This document shows, one piece after another, positions 36,830-47,880 of a DNA stretch of 57,381 bases. A program made the position numbers and the translations under genes. Every line of letters starts with the position of its first letter. The first letter of the stretch is position 1. The stretch spans positions 3,128-60,508 of the forward strand of contig JBIQHP010000002.1 of NCBI GenBank assembly GCA_044508495.1, given 5' to 3'. The notes below the pieces were generated by a model, which did not search any database, was not told the origin of the DNA, and worked only from the letters and a program-made list of their open reading frames with translations. Source of the stretch: Clavibacter sp. (GTDB lineage: Bacteria; Actinomycetota; Actinomycetes; Actinomycetales; Microbacteriaceae).

Positions 36830-39800
36830 TCAGTTCAGGCAGTTCGGGCCGAGGAGCGACTTGAGCTCGCCGTACAGGTCGGCGCTCACGCTCACCGGAT
36901 ACGGGACCTCGAACATCCGGGCGCTGTCGCCCTTGACGAGCTTGAGCCGCACCTCGCTCCCCCCGGCGTGGCGGATGAGCACGTCGCCCAGGGCCGTCAC
37001 GACATCGGTTGTCGCCCGGAACTCCGGCACCGAGATGACGAGCGGGCCGGCGCCCAGGCTCTGCCCCAGGTCGGGCGAGAACATGCTCACGGCGTGAAGC
37101 GCGACTCCGTCGTCGCGCTGGTTGACCCGGCCCTTGACGACGACGATCGAGTCGTTCACGAGAGCCGGGTGGAACTCCTGGTAGGTCTTGCCGAGGAACA
37201 TGATCGAGATCTCCCCGCCGAAGTCCTCGACCTGGACGATGCCGTAGGGATTCCCGCTGTTGCGCGCCGTGCGGTGCTGGACGCTCGTGATGAGACCGGC
37301 GACCGAGACGGTCTCGCCGTCCTCCCCCGCCTCCCCGGCGAGGAGCTCGGAGATCCCGACGCTCGCGTGCCTGGCGAGCTGGAGCTCGAGCCCGGCGAGC
37401 GGATGGTCGGAGACGTAGAGCCCGAGCATCTCGCGCTCGAAGGCGAGCTTGTCGCGCTTCGACCACTCGGGGCGGTCGGGCACCTTGTTGACCGGCTGGG
37501 GCTCCTCCCACAGGCTGTCGAAGTCGAAGCCGACCTGGCCGTTCGCCTCGGCGCGCTTCTCCGAGACGGCCGCCTCGACGGCGTCCTCGTGGATCTCGAC
37601 GAGCGCGCGCCGTGTCGCGCCGAGCGAGTCGAAGGCCCCCGCCTTCACGAGCGACTCGACCGTGCGCTTGTTCGCGACTGGGATGGGCACCTTGCGCAGG
37701 AAGTCGTGGAAGCTCTCGAACCGGCCCTTCTTCTCACGGGCGGCCCGGATGGCGTCGACGACGTTCGTGCCGACGTTCCGGATCGCGCCGAGCCCGAACC
37801 GGATGTCGTCCCCGGCCGCCGTGAAGTCCCCGGCGGACTCGTTGACGTCGGGGGGCAGCACGTGGATGCCCATCCGCCGGCACTCCGCGAGGTACACGCC
37901 GAGTTTGTCCTTGGAGTCGCCCACGCTCGTCAGGAGGGCCGCCATGTACTCCGCCGGATAGTTGGCCTTGAGGTAGGCCGTCCAGTAGCTCAGGACGGCG
38001 TAGGCGGCTCCGTGCGACTTGTTGAAGCCGTAGTCGGAGAAGGGCACCATGATGTCCCACAGGGCGCTCGCGGCGCTCTTGCTGTAGCCGTTCCTCTCCA
38101 TGCCGGCGGCGAAGTTCGCGAACTCCTTGTTGAGGACCTTGAGATCCTTCTTGCCCATGGCCTTGCGCAGCGTGTCGGCCTGGCTGAGGGTGAACCCGGC
38201 GACCTTCTGTGCGGCCGCCATGACCTGCTCCTGGTAGATGACGAGCCCGTAGGTCTCGCCGAGGATGTCGGCGAGCGGCTCGGCGAGCTCGGGATGGATC
38301 GCGTCAGGCACCTCGAGCCCGTTCTTGCGCAGCGCGTACTTGGTGTGGGAGTTCATGCCCATCGGCCCCGGCCGGTACAGGGCGATGACCGCGGTGATGT
38401 CGTTGAAGCTGTCGGGCTTCAACTGCTTGAGCAGGGCCCGCAGCGGCCCGCCGTCGAGCTGGAAGACGCCGAGGGTGTCCCCTCGCGCGAGGAGCTCGTA
38501 GGTCTTGGCGTCGCCGTTCAGGTCGAGATCCTCGAGGATGACCTCCTCGCCCCGGTTCGACTGGATGGACGAGAGCGCGTCCTGCAGCACCGTGAGATTC
38601 CGCAGCCCCAGGAAGTCCATCTTGAGCAGTCCGAGCTTCTCGCACGGCGGCTGGTCGAACTGGGTGATGATCGCGCCGTCGTCTTCGCGCTTCATGATCG
38701 GCAGCACGTCGAGGAGCGGCTCGGCGGACATGATGACGCCCGCCGCGTGAACCCCCCACTGGCGCTTGAGGTTCTCGATGCCGAGCGCCGTCTCGAACAC
38801 GCGCGCGGCCTCGGGGTCGGCGGCGATGAGCGCCCGCAGGTCACCGGCCTCCTTGTACCTGGCCGAGCTCTTCTCGGTCACGTCGGCCAGGCCCATGTCC
38901 TTGCCCATGATGGGCGGCGGCATGGCCTTCGTGAGCTTCTCGCCGACGGCGTACGGCATCCCGAGCACGCGCGCGGAGTCCTTGAGCGCCTGCTTGGCCT
39001 TGATCGTGCCGTAGGTGACGATCTGGGCGACCCGGTCGTCGCCGTACTTCTCGGTGACGTAGCGGATGACCTCGCCGCGACGCCGGTCGTCGAAGTCGAT
39101 GTCGATGTCGGGCATCGAGATGCGGTCGGGGTTGAGGAAGCGCTCGAAGATGAGCCCGTGGGCGAGCGGGTCCAGCCCGGTGATCCTCATGGCCCAGGCC
39201 ACGACGGAGCCGGCCGCCGAACCGCGACCCGGTCCGACCCGGATGCCGTGCTCGCGCGCCCAGGCGATGAAGTCCGCGACGACGAGGAAGTAGCCGGGGA
39301 ACCCCATCTGGTTGATGACGCCGACCTCGTAGTCCGCCTGGGCGCGGTGCTTCTCCGGAACGCCCCCGGGGAAGCGCTCCGCGAGCCCGCGCTCGACCTC
39401 CGCCGCGAACCAGGTCGCCTCGGTGTGCCCCTCCGGCACCGGGAAGCGGGGCATGAGATCGCGCTTCTCGAAGGAGACCTCGCAGGCCTGCGCGATGAGC
39501 AGCGTGTTCTCGATCGCCTCCGGATAGTCGGAGAACAGCGCGCGCATCTCGGCGGCCGACTTGAGGTAGAACTCCTGCGAGTCGAACTTGAATCGGTTCG
39601 GGTCGTCGAGGGTGGAGGCGGACTGGATGCACAGGAGCGCCGCGTGGGCCTCGGCCTCGTCGGCGTGGGTGTAGTGCAGGTCGTTCGTCGCGACGAGCGG
39701 CATGCCGAGGTCCTTCGCGAGGGCCAGGAGCTCGCTCATCGTCCGGCGCTCGATGTCGATCCCGTGGTCCATGATCTCGCAGTAGAAGTTCTCCCTGCCG

Positions 39801-40345
39801 AAGATGTCCTGGAACTCCGCGGCGGCCGCACGCGCCTCGGCGTACTGGCCGAGCCGGAGACGCGTCTGCACCTCGCCTCCGACGCAGCCGGTCGTCGCGA
39901 TGACCCCCTCCGCGTACCGGCTGAGCAGTTCGCGGTCCATCCTCGGCCGGTAGTAGAAGCCCTCGATCGAGGCGAGCGACGACATCCGGAACAGATTGTG
40001 CATGCCGGTGTTGTCCTTCGCGAGGAGCGTCATGTGGGTGTAGGCCCCGTTGCCGCCGACGTCGTTCTCTCCTCCATCCCCCCAGCGGGTGCGCGACTTG
40101 TCCCCGCGGTCGGTGCCGGGGGTCAGGTAGGCCTCGGTGCCGACGATGGGCCGGATGCCCGCCTCGGTCGCGGTGTGCCAGAAGTCGTAGGCGCCGAACA
40201 TGTTGCCGTGGTCGGTGATCGCGATGGCCGGCATCCCCTGCTCGACCGCGGCGGCGATGAGCGGCTTGACCCGCGCCGCGCCGTCCAGCATCGAGTACTC
40301 GCTGTGGACGTGCAGGTGCACGAACGAGTCGTTGCTGGATGCCAC
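36830..40345 (-). CDS. dnaE: DNA polymerase III alpha subunit
   Basis: HLHVHSEYSMLDG PHP domain, GRGSAAGS, MPDIDID, GFNKSH. Confidence 0.98.
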   Translation of the reverse strand: MASSNDSFVHLHVHSEYSMLDGAARVKPLIAAAVEQGMPAIAITDHGNMFGAYDFWHTATEAGIRPIVGTEAYLTPGTDRGDKSRTRWGDGGENDVGGNGAYTHMTLLAKDNTGMHNLFRMSSLASIEGFYYRPRMDRELLSRYAEGVIATTGCVGGEVQTRLRLGQYAEARAAAAEFQDIFGRENFYCEIMDHGIDIERRTMSELLALAKDLGMPLVATNDLHYTHADEAEAHAALLCIQSASTLDDPNRFKFDSQEFYLKSAAEMRALFSDYPEAIENTLLIAQACEVSFEKRDLMPRFPVPEGHTEATWFAAEVERGLAERFPGGVPEKHRAQADYEVGVINQMGFPGYFLVVADFIAWAREHGIRVGPGRGSAAGSVVAWAMRITGLDPLAHGLIFERFLNPDRISMPDIDIDFDDRRRGEVIRYVTEKYGDDRVAQIVTYGTIKAKQALKDSARVLGMPYAVGEKLTKAMPPPIMGKDMGLADVTEKSSARYKEAGDLRALIAADPEAARVFETALGIENLKRQWGVHAAGVIMSAEPLLDVLPIMKREDDGAIITQFDQPPCEKLGLLKMDFLGLRNLTVLQDALSSIQSNRGEEVILEDLDLNGDAKTYELLARGDTLGVFQLDGGPLRALLKQLKPDSFNDITAVIALYRPGPMGMNSHTKYALRKNGLEVPDAIHPELAEPLADILGETYGLVIYQEQVMAAAQKVAGFTLSQADTLRKAMGKKDLKVLNKEFANFAAGMERNGYSKSAASALWDIMVPFSDYGFNKSHGAAYAVLSYWTAYLKANYPAEYMAALLTSVGDSKDKLGVYLAECRRMGIHVLPPDVNESAGDFTAAGDDIRFGLGAIRNVGTNVVDAIRAAREKKGRFESFHDFLRKVPIPVANKRTVESLVKAGAFDSLGATRRALVEIHEDAVEAAVSEKRAEANGQVGFDFDSLWEEPQPVNKVPDRPEWSKRDKLAFEREMLGLYVSDHPLAGLELQLARHASVGISELLAGEAGEDGETVSVAGLITSVQHRTARNSGNPYGIVQVEDFGGEISIMFLGKTYQEFHPALVNDSIVVVKGRVNQRDDGVALHAVSMFSPDLGQSLGAGPLVISVPEFRATTDVVTALGDVLIRHAGGSEVRLKLVKGDSARMFEVPYPVSVSADLYGELKSLLGPNCLN

Positions 40346-40417
40346 TGGTTCTCCGACGGGCCGAGGGTGTCCGTCCAGCTTAAGCCAGCACCGGCGACGA
40401 GGACTGCCGACCTGCCG

Positions 40418-41338
40418 TCAGTCGCCCCGCAGGATCTCGAGCGCGTGCGCGAGATCCTGCGGGTACGGCGAGGCGAACTCGACCCGCTGCCCGGAGCCCG
40501 GATGCCGGAACCCCAGGCGCACCGCGTGGAGCCACTGCCGTGCGAGGCCGAGCCGTGCCGAGAGCACCGGGTCCGCGCCGTACATCTCGTCGCCGACGCA
40601 GGGATGCCGCTGAGCGGCGAGGTGGACGCGGATCTGATGAGTCCGTCCGGTCTCGAGCTGGATCTCGAGCAGGGAGGCGCTCCGGAACGCCTCGATGGTC
40701 TCGTAGTGGGTCACCGAGGGCTTGCCCTCGTTCGTGACGGCGAACTTCCATCGGGAACCGGGATGGCGTCCGATCGGAGCGTCGATCGTCCCGCGAAGCG
40801 GATCGGGGTGGCCCTGTACCACGGCGTGGTAGGTCTTCTCGACCTCGCGGTCGTGGAACGCGCGCTTGAGGTCCGTGTAGGCGCGCTCGCTCTTCGCCAC
40901 GACCATGAGCCCGCTCGTGCCGGCGTCGAGACGGTGCACGATCCCGGTGCGCTCGGCCGCGCCGGAGGTGCTGACCCGGATTCCGGCGGCGGCGAGGGCG
41001 CCGAGGACCGTCGGCCCGGTCCAGCCCATCGAGGGGTGCGCGGCGACGCCGACGGGCTTGTCGACGACGACGATGTCGTCGTCCTGGTGGACGATCCGCA
41101 GTTCGGGCACGGCGAGGGGGATGACCGCGGGAGCCGTCTTCGGCTCCCAGGTCACCTCGAGCCATGCGCCGTCCCTGAGACGGTCGGACTTCGCCAGGGG
41201 GACCCCGTCGAGGAGCGCTCCCCCGGCGTCGACGACCTCCGCGGCGAAGGTCCGCGAGAAGCCGAGGATGCGCGCGAGAGCGACGTCGACGCGGTCGCCG
41301 GCCGCGCCAGGAGGGACCGGGAAGCCGCGGGACTCCAT
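40418..41338 (-). CDS. RluA/RluD family pseudouridine synthase
   Basis: S4-like N-terminus, [20 protein letters not shown]. Confidence 0.95.
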   Translation of the reverse strand: MESRGFPVPPGAAGDRVDVALARILGFSRTFAAEVVDAGGALLDGVPLAKSDRLRDGAWLEVTWEPKTAPAVIPLAVPELRIVHQDDDIVVVDKPVGVAAHPSMGWTGPTVLGALAAAGIRVSTSGAAERTGIVHRLDAGTSGLMVVAKSERAYTDLKRAFHDREVEKTYHAVVQGHPDPLRGTIDAPIGRHPGSRWKFAVTNEGKPSVTHYETIEAFRSASLLEIQLETGRTHQIRVHLAAQRHPCVGDEMYGADPVLSARLGLARQWLHAVRLGFRHPGSGQRVEFASPYPQDLAHALEILRGD

Positions 41339-41342
41339 CGCG

Positions 41343-41885
41343 CTACCGGTCGGGGGTTTCCACGGGCGGGTCCGCCGGGACCTCCGCCCGTGTCGGCCGG
41401 ACCGCCCTCGTGCCGTCGAGACGGGTGCCGCGCAGGGAGAGGATGATGAAGAGGCCCATGCTCGCGACGATGAAGGAGTCGGCGACGTTGAAGATCGCCG
41501 GGAATCCCCAGACCTGGACGAAGTCGACGACGTGCCCGAGCCCGAAGCTCGGCTCGCGGAGGAGACGATCGGTGAGGTTGCCGAGCGTGCCCCCGAGGAG
41601 CATCCCGAAGAGGACGGCCCAGGCCATCGATCTGATGCGACGTGCGTACCAGACGATGAAGACGACGACGGCCGCCGCCACGATGGAGAAGAACCAGGTC
41701 GACCCGCTCGCGAGCGAGAAGGCCGCTCCCGAGTTCTTGACGAAGTGGAACTGGAGCAGCTCGCCGAGGATCGGCACCTGCTCGCCGACCTCGAGGTTCG
41801 AGACGATCAGCGCCTTGGTGAGCTGGTCGGATCCGTAGACGGCGACCGCGACGAGGGCGAGCGCGACGAGGGCCGAAACCCTCAC
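41343..41885 (-). CDS. lspA: Lipoprotein signal peptidase II
   Basis: [27 protein letters not shown]; start GTG 41885 or upstream CTG 41924. Confidence 0.95.
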   Translation of the reverse strand: MRVSALVALALVAVAVYGSDQLTKALIVSNLEVGEQVPILGELLQFHFVKNSGAAFSLASGSTWFFSIVAAAVVVFIVWYARRIRSMAWAVLFGMLLGGTLGNLTDRLLREPSFGLGHVVDFVQVWGFPAIFNVADSFIVASMGLFIILSLRGTRLDGTRAVRPTRAEVPADPPVETPDR

Positions 41886-41925
41886 CCTGGTCTGCGGGGC
41901 GATCGGCCGTTCCTCGACCGACAGC

Positions 41926-42600
41926 TCAGTTACCGCCGAAGCCCTGGAAGCTGGCGGGCGGCTGCGACGGCATCGCGTCGAAGGCCGCCGGGGACGGCTG
42001 GGCCGCCGGCGCCTGAGCGCCTGCGGGGACGGCCGTGGAGTCGAGATCGTGCAGCAGGCCCTCGATGTGCCCCTTGAGCTTCGCACGGTACTCGCGCTCG
42101 AACTGGCGCAGCTCCTCGACCCGGCGTTCGAGCGACACCCGCTCCTGGTCGAGATTCTGGAGCTCGAGGCGCTGGCGGGACTCCGCTTCGGCCACGACCT
42201 GCGCCGCGGCGGCGTGGCCCTCGGCGATGAGCGCATCGCGCTTCTCGATGCCCTCGCGCACGTGCTCCTCGTGGAGCCGGCGCGCGAGCTGCAGGAGGTT
42301 GTTCGTGTTGTTGGGATCGGATGCCGGGTCGACTCCTGCGACGAAGGCCGGCGCCGCCTCCGGCACCGCGGCGACGACGGGCTCGGGAGCAGGAGACGAG
42401 GCCCCGCTGCGCTGCAGCTCGTTGATCCTCGCCTCGCCCGCCACGAGGCGCTGGCGCAGCTCCTCGTTCTCCTGGTTCAGCCGGCGCAGCTCGACGACGA
42501 CCTCATCGAGGAAGTCGTCGACCTCGTCCTGGTCGTAGCCCTCCCGGAACTTGGTCGGCTGGAATCGCTTGTTGACCACGTCTTCTGGAGTCAGAGCCAT
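41926..42600 (-). CDS. divIVA: DivIVA/Wag31
   Basis: MALTPEDVVNKRF...EGYDQDEVDDFLD, coiled coil, FEREYR. Confidence 0.96.
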   Translation of the reverse strand: MALTPEDVVNKRFQPTKFREGYDQDEVDDFLDEVVVELRRLNQENEELRQRLVAGEARINELQRSGASSPAPEPVVAAVPEAAPAFVAGVDPASDPNNTNNLLQLARRLHEEHVREGIEKRDALIAEGHAAAAQVVAEAESRQRLELQNLDQERVSLERRVEELRQFEREYRAKLKGHIEGLLHDLDSTAVPAGAQAPAAQPSPAAFDAMPSQPPASFQGFGGN

Positions 42601-42735
42601 GTGCTTCACCTTCAAAGATCATCGGTACGTCGAAATCAACGTACCGCTAACGGTAGCAAAATTATTGTGAAAAGCCTGCCAGCGACCTGCCGAGGGGTGT
42701 TTCCGCGCACGCCGGGCGCCCTCGCGAAGTGCCTC

Positions 42736-43032
42736 TCAGCTGAAGATGAGCGCGAGATACATCAGTACGATCACTCCGAGCATGACGATGCTCCAGGAGA
42801 AGTCCAGCCCGCCGCCGCCCACCCGGATCGGCGGCAACAGCCGACGGACGAGCCGGATGGGCGGGTCGGTCAGGGTGAAGACCAGCTCCGCCAGCACGAG
42901 CCAGAACCCCTTCGGCCGCCAGTCCCGCGCGAAGTTCCGCGCGAGGTCGAAGACGAACCTCGCCCACATGACGAAGAAGTAGACGAGCAGCGCGACGTAG
43001 ACGACCGTCGCGACGAACGAGACGATGTTCAG
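42736..43032 (-). CDS. YggT family membrane protein
   Basis: [23 protein letters not shown]; frame stays open upstream through the first TM helix to CTG 43032, which overlaps the sepF stop. Confidence 0.88.
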   Translation of the reverse strand: MNIVSFVATVVYVALLVYFFVMWARFVFDLARNFARDWRPKGFWLVLAELVFTLTDPPIRLVRRLLPPIRVGGGGLDFSWSIVMLGVIVLMYLALIFS

Positions 43033-43517
43033 TGTTCCGGGAAGAACGACGCGTCGACGACCGGCTCGGCCTCGGCCTGGTCGCCGCTCACCGCGACATG
43101 GGCGGGCGAGAGCAGGAAGACCTTGCTCGTGACGCGCTCGATTCGCCCGTAGAGCCCCTGGGACAGCCCGCTCGCGAAGTCGACGAGACGGCGCGCCTCC
43201 GGCTCGCTCATCTGCGAGAGGTTGATGATGACCGGGACGCCGTCGCGGAAGCTCTCGGCGATCACCTGCGCGTCCTTGTACTGCCGCGGGTGGACGGTGA
43301 GGATCTCGTTCATCTCGGCCGAGGGGGCGACGGCACGCGCCGGGCGCCGCAGGGGCGTCACCGGTGCGCGCTGGGCCTGCTGATAGTGGCCGGGCTGCTG
43401 ATGAGCGGTCGGCTGGTGGCCCTGGCCCCCGACGGGCGCCGGCGCGGCGTCCTCGTAGTCGAACTCCTCGTCCGCGAGGCCCAGATAGACCATGGTCTTG
43501 CGCAACGGGTTAGCCAT
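43029..43517 (-). CDS. sepF: Cell division protein SepF
   Basis: [35 protein letters not shown]. Confidence 0.96.
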   Translation of the reverse strand: MANPLRKTMVYLGLADEEFDYEDAAPAPVGGQGHQPTAHQQPGHYQQAQRAPVTPLRRPARAVAPSAEMNEILTVHPRQYKDAQVIAESFRDGVPVIINLSQMSEPEARRLVDFASGLSQGLYGRIERVTSKVFLLSPAHVAVSGDQAEAEPVVDASFFPEH

Positions 43518-43557
43518 CTCATGCCTCCAGTGGTGAAACGTGCGGTACAGAGAGAGA

Positions 43558-44256
43558 TTAACCGGAGACCGGCCGGTTTCCCGTGATTGCCGTGCCGATC
43601 CTGAGGTGTGTCGCACCCTCGAGGATGGCCTCGCGGTAGTCGCCCGACATCCCCGCGGAGATCGCGGTCGCCGCCGGCGCGATCGTCTGCAGCCTCTCGG
43701 ATGCCGCACGCACCCGGGCGAAAGCGCTGCGCGGCTCCTCTCCGAGCGGGGCGACCGCCATGACGCCGAGGAGCCGGAGCCCCTCCGTCGCGAGCACGTG
43801 CTCGGCGAGCGGCGCGAGTTCCGCGGGGGTGACCCCGCCCCGCGCCGGGTCGTCGGTGAGGTTGAGCTGGAGGAAGCACTCGATCATCCGATCGGCCATC
43901 CGGTCGGCGGAGGCGAGCGCGGTCACGAGCCCGGCGCGATCGACCGAGTGGATGACGCTCGAGTACGCCGCCGCCTGACGGGCCTTCTTGCTCTGCAATT
44001 GCCCCACGAAGTGCCAGGTGAGGTCGAGTCCGGACAGCTCCGCGACCTTCTCCCGTGCCTCCTGATGCCTGCTCTCGCCGAAGTCGTGCACGCCGAGCGC
44101 CCGGAGCTCGCGGACCAGCCCCGCAGGATGGAACTTGGTCACGACGACGGTCGTGATGTCCTCCGGGGCGCGACCGGCGGTGCGGGCGGCATCCGCGATC
44201 CCGGAGCGGACCGCGGCCAGCCGCTCGGCGAGCGGCGTGGGGGGCTCGCCGTTCAC
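43558..44256 (-). CDS. YggS family PLP-binding protein
   Basis: [34 protein letters not shown]. Confidence 0.95.
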   Translation of the reverse strand: MNGEPPTPLAERLAAVRSGIADAARTAGRAPEDITTVVVTKFHPAGLVRELRALGVHDFGESRHQEAREKVAELSGLDLTWHFVGQLQSKKARQAAAYSSVIHSVDRAGLVTALASADRMADRMIECFLQLNLTDDPARGGVTPAELAPLAEHVLATEGLRLLGVMAVAPLGEEPRSAFARVRAASERLQTIAPAATAISAGMSGDYREAILEGATHLRIGTAITGNRPVSG

Positions 44257-45407
44257 TTGAGGAAGTCGGGGATGTCCAGATCGTCGGAGGCGTCGTCGAA
44301 CTCGGGATCGCTGCGGACGACCGGAAGGTCCGGCTCGTCGCCCCAGCCGGGTCCGCCCGCCTCCCCCGGAGCGACGGCGTCGTAGTCCGCGGCCGCCTCG
44401 AGGGGCGGTGCCCCCGCCGTGACGTAGTTCGACCGTCGGTCGGCCTTGCGCACGGTCGGCTCTCCCCCGTCGAACCCGGCGGCGATGACGGTGACCCGGA
44501 CCTCATCCCCGAGCGTGTCGTCGATGACGGCCCCGAAGATGATGTTCGCCTCGGGATGGACGGCCTCCTGGACGAGCCGCGCCGCGTCGTTGATCTCGAA
44601 GATCCCGAGGTTCGAGCCTCCCTGGATCGACAGGAGCACGCCGTGGGCGCCGTCGATGCTCGCCTCGAGCAGGGGGCTCGCGACGGCGAGCTCGGCGGCC
44701 TTGATCGCCCGGTCGGCGCCCCGGGAGGATCCGATGCCCATGAGCGCGGACCCCGCACCCTGCATGACCGACTTGACGTCGGCGAAGTCGAGGTTGATGA
44801 GACCAGGGGTCGTGATGAGGTCGGTGATGCCCTGGACTCCGGCGAGGAGCACCTGGTCGGCGGTCGCGAAGGCCTCGAGGAAGCTGATGCCGCGGTCGCT
44901 GATCTCGAGCAGGCGATCGTTGGGGACGACGATGAGGGTGTCGACCTCGCTCTTGAGCGCTGCGACGCCGACCTCGGCCTGAGCGGCCCGGCGCTTGCCC
45001 TCGAATCCGAAGGGGCGCGTGACGACCCCGATCGTGAGGGCCCCGATGCTCTTGGCGATGCGGGCCACGACGGGCGCGCCTCCCGTGCCGGTCCCTCCGC
45101 CCTCGCCCGCGGTGACGAAGACCATGTCGGAGCCGGCGAGGGCCTCCTCGATCTCCTCCGCGTGGTCCTCCGCCGCCCTCCGCCCGACCTCGGGATCGGC
45201 GCCGGCGCCGAGACCGCGCGTGAGCTCGCGGCCGACGTCGAGCTTGACGTCGGCATCGCTCATGAGCAGCGCCTGGGCGTCGGTGTTGATGGCGATGAAC
45301 TCCACGCCGCGCAGACCGAGCTCGATCATCCGGTTGACGGCGTTGACGCCGCCGCCGCCGATGCCGACCACCTTGATCACGGCGAGGTAGTTCTGGTTCG
45401 ATGTCAC
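44253..45407 (-). CDS. ftsZ: Cell division protein FtsZ
   Basis: GGGGVNA, GGGTGTG, NLDFAD, C-terminal LDIPDFLK. Confidence 0.99.
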   Translation of the reverse strand: MTSNQNYLAVIKVVGIGGGGVNAVNRMIELGLRGVEFIAINTDAQALLMSDADVKLDVGRELTRGLGAGADPEVGRRAAEDHAEEIEEALAGSDMVFVTAGEGGGTGTGGAPVVARIAKSIGALTIGVVTRPFGFEGKRRAAQAEVGVAALKSEVDTLIVVPNDRLLEISDRGISFLEAFATADQVLLAGVQGITDLITTPGLINLDFADVKSVMQGAGSALMGIGSSRGADRAIKAAELAVASPLLEASIDGAHGVLLSIQGGSNLGIFEINDAARLVQEAVHPEANIIFGAVIDDTLGDEVRVTVIAAGFDGGEPTVRKADRRSNYVTAGAPPLEAAADYDAVAPGEAGGPGWGDEPDLPVVRSDPEFDDASDDLDIPDFLK

Positions 45408-45424
45408 GTCCGGCCTCCGGTGGT

Positions 45425-45453
45425 ACTTTCAACCTCTACTTGAGGTTTAAAGT
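45425..45453. promoter_or_regulatory. Palindromic operator upstream of ftsZ
   Basis: ACTTTCAACCTC-TACTT-GAGGTTTAAAGT; 11 of 12 arm positions pair; AT-rich island 17 nt from the start codon. Confidence 0.7.
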
Positions 45454-45571
45454 TATGCTCAGTATGCATTTCCTGAAGTCGACGGTAGGCTCGACCCCCC
45501 GCGGGGGCGCGCAGGCGCTCCCGCGTGTCGCGAAGTGCACGGCGGACCTTCAGCCGCCGCCTCGGTCGCGG

Positions 45572-46477
45572 TCAGATCGGACGGACGACGGGGCTGAGCG
45601 GCGCCGAGACGTCGAACTCGACCTTCGCATCCTCCCCCTGAGCCGCCACGAGGTCCTGCAGCACGCGCGCCTTGAGCGCCGACCGTTCGGCGCTGCCCCA
45701 GACCACGCGCTGGCCGATGCCCGCGAGCACGAGGGTCACATCGTCCTTCGAGGTGGCGCGCGCCGTGTCGACCCGGGAGCGCAGGGCCTCCGGAAGGGCC
45801 AGGAGCACCTCGACGACCGACCGGAACGCGGCGCTCTCCGATCCCTTCGCACCTACGTCGATGAGGGCCACGCCCGGCGCGCGCTGCGGCGAGGTCGAGA
45901 GCACGACACCGGCCGGGTCGACGACCGAGAACCCCGCCGGGGTCGCGATCGCGCCGACCGGGGTCCGCTCGGTGATCCGCACCACGAGCGTCGACGGCGG
46001 CTGCACCTCGGTCACGAAGCTCCGGATGAGCGGGTAGGCGTCCAGCTCGGCCTTCATCCGGTCGTAGTCCACGAGGGCGAGAGGCGTTCCGAGCTGGCCA
46101 CCGATCGCCTTCGCGACCTCGTCCGCGCTCACCGCGGCGGTGCCCTCGATGCGGATCGTGCGCAGAGCGAGCAGCGGCGAGTAGACGGCCACGGCGAGCA
46201 GCGCCGCGAGCACCGCGACCACGCCGATCGCGACGGCCCAGCCGAGCCTTCGGTGCCGGACCCTCCTGGTGAACCTCCTGATCTCGCGCTTCTCGTAGCG
46301 ACGGCGATCCCGGGAGGCGGACCGCAGCTCCTTCTGCGCACGGGGCTTCCGGGCCGGGACGGGTCGTGCCGCGACCGGCACGTCACGGCGGGCCTTCGTC
46401 CTCCGCGGCGGCGCCCCCGCCTTCGCAGCGGACTGCGGTTCCTGGGGCCGCCCGTCGAAGCCCTCCGGCCGCTTCAC
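45572..46477 (-). CDS. ftsQ: Cell division protein FtsQ
   Basis: Basic N-terminus, TM segment, POTRA ([13 protein letters not shown]...[14 protein letters not shown]), DVSAP; between murC and ftsZ. Confidence 0.93.
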   Translation of the reverse strand: MKRPEGFDGRPQEPQSAAKAGAPPRRTKARRDVPVAARPVPARKPRAQKELRSASRDRRRYEKREIRRFTRRVRHRRLGWAVAIGVVAVLAALLAVAVYSPLLALRTIRIEGTAAVSADEVAKAIGGQLGTPLALVDYDRMKAELDAYPLIRSFVTEVQPPSTLVVRITERTPVGAIATPAGFSVVDPAGVVLSTSPQRAPGVALIDVGAKGSESAAFRSVVEVLLALPEALRSRVDTARATSKDDVTLVLAGIGQRVVWGSAERSALKARVLQDLVAAQGEDAKVEFDVSAPLSPVVRPI

Positions 46478-47880
46478 GACGACCGCGCCTGCCGGCCGGC
46501 CAGTGCCTCGAGGAGCGCCGGGACGATCCGGTAGACGTCCCCGCCGCCCATCGGCATGACGATGTCGCCCGGCCTCGCGAGCTCGACGGCGCGCGCGACG
46601 GCCTCGGCCCACTCCTCGATGTACTCCGCGCGCGCCGCATCGGCGAACCGCTCGGCGATGAGAAGGCCGGTCACCCCTGGCTCCGGCTCCTCGCGAGCGG
46701 GGTAGATCGGCACGATGATGGTGTGGTCGGCGAGCTCCTCGAAGGTCTCGGCGAACTCGGCGGCCATGAGGCGGGTCCGGCTGTAGAGGTGCGGTTGGAA
46801 GAGGGGGATGACCCGCCCTCCCCCGGCGGCGGCCCGTGCGCCGGCCAGAGCCGCCCGCACCTCGGTGGGATGGTGAGCGAAGTCGTCGTAGACCCGGACG
46901 CCGCCTACCTCGCCGCGCAGCTCGAATCGCCGCTCGGTGCCCTCGAAGGAGGAGAGGGCCCCGATGCTCTCCTGCGGGTCGAAGCCGAGGCCGACGAGCA
47001 CACCGAAGGCGCCCGCCGCGTTGAGCGCGTTGTGGAGCCCGGGAACCCGGAGCGAGGCCGCGAGGTCCAGCCCGCCCCAGGCGATCCGGAACGAGACGGT
47101 CGGGCCGAGCTCGACCGAGTGGACCCGGACATCCGCCCCGGGATGCTGGCCGAAGGTCGTGACGCTCCGGTCGGAGAGCCGCGGTGTGATCCCCACGGCC
47201 CCGGGATCGTCGGCGGAGATGACGATCCCCTCGCTCGCCCCCCGGGCGAACTCGACGAAGGCCTCCGCGAAGGCCTCCTCACTCCCGAAGTGGTCGAGGT
47301 GGTCCGGGTCGACGTTCGTCACGAGCGCGAACGCGGTGCGGTAGAGCAGGAACGACCCGTCCGATTCGTCGGCCTCGACGACGAAGAGCTCGTCGGAGCC
47401 CGGGAGCGCGCTCACGCCGAGCGAGCGCAGGACGCCCCCGTTGACGAATCCGGGATCCGCTCCCAGCGCACGCAGGGCGGTCACGATCATGGCCGTCGAG
47501 GTCGTCTTGCCGTGGGCGCCGGCGACCGCCACAAGGCGCCGCCGCCTCGCGAGCCAGGCGAGCGCGACGGCCCGATGCACGACCGGGATCCCGCGTTCGA
47601 GTGCGGCGAGGTACTCGGGGTCGTCCTCCCCGATCGCCCCCGTGACGACGAGGGTCTCGGCGGAGGCGATCGCGGACGCGTCGTGCCCGATCGTGACGGG
47701 CACGCCCTTGGCGCGCAGGGCGGCGATGGTGCCGGTGTCCCGGATGTCCGAGCCGCTCACCGGGATCCCCGCGGCCAGGAAGAGATGGGCGATGCCGCTC
47801 ATCCCGGCCCCGCCGATGCCGACGAAGTGCACGCGGCCCGGCGCATCCGGCATCGCCTGACGGAAGTCGGACTTGATCAC
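46474..47880 (-). CDS. murC: UDP-N-acetylmuramate--L-alanine ligase
   Basis: [41 protein letters not shown]. Confidence 0.97.
   Translation of the reverse strand: MIKSDFRQAMPDAPGRVHFVGIGGAGMSGIAHLFLAAGIPVSGSDIRDTGTIAALRAKGVPVTIGHDASAIASAETLVVTGAIGEDDPEYLAALERGIPVVHRAVALAWLARRRRLVAVAGAHGKTTSTAMIVTALRALGADPGFVNGGVLRSLGVSALPGSDELFVVEADESDGSFLLYRTAFALVTNVDPDHLDHFGSEEAFAEAFVEFARGASEGIVISADDPGAVGITPRLSDRSVTTFGQHPGADVRVHSVELGPTVSFRIAWGGLDLAASLRVPGLHNALNAAGAFGVLVGLGFDPQESIGALSSFEGTERRFELRGEVGGVRVYDDFAHHPTEVRAALAGARAAAGGGRVIPLFQPHLYSRTRLMAAEFAETFEELADHTIIVPIYPAREEPEPGVTGLLIAERFADAARAEYIEEWAEAVARAVELARPGDIVMPMGGGDVYRIVPALLEALAGRQARSS

Noticed and set aside
36830-40345. Intein in DnaE
   Set aside because: Normal length (1171 aa) and no splicing or homing endonuclease motifs seen.
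36968-41446. 1492-aa plus-strand ORF, and similar long ORFs such as 5302-7794, 20234-21994, 25548-27833 and 35013-37097
   Set aside because: Antisense or alternate-frame shadows of clear genes (dnaE/rluA, uvrA-like, helR, qcrAB, hisD); expected in high-GC DNA and without motifs.
42623-42646. Hairpin CGGTACGT...ACGTACCG in the divIVA leader as a riboswitch or ncRNA
   Set aside because: Only an 8-bp stem with no recognisable RNA family features; may be an ordinary leader structure or operator.
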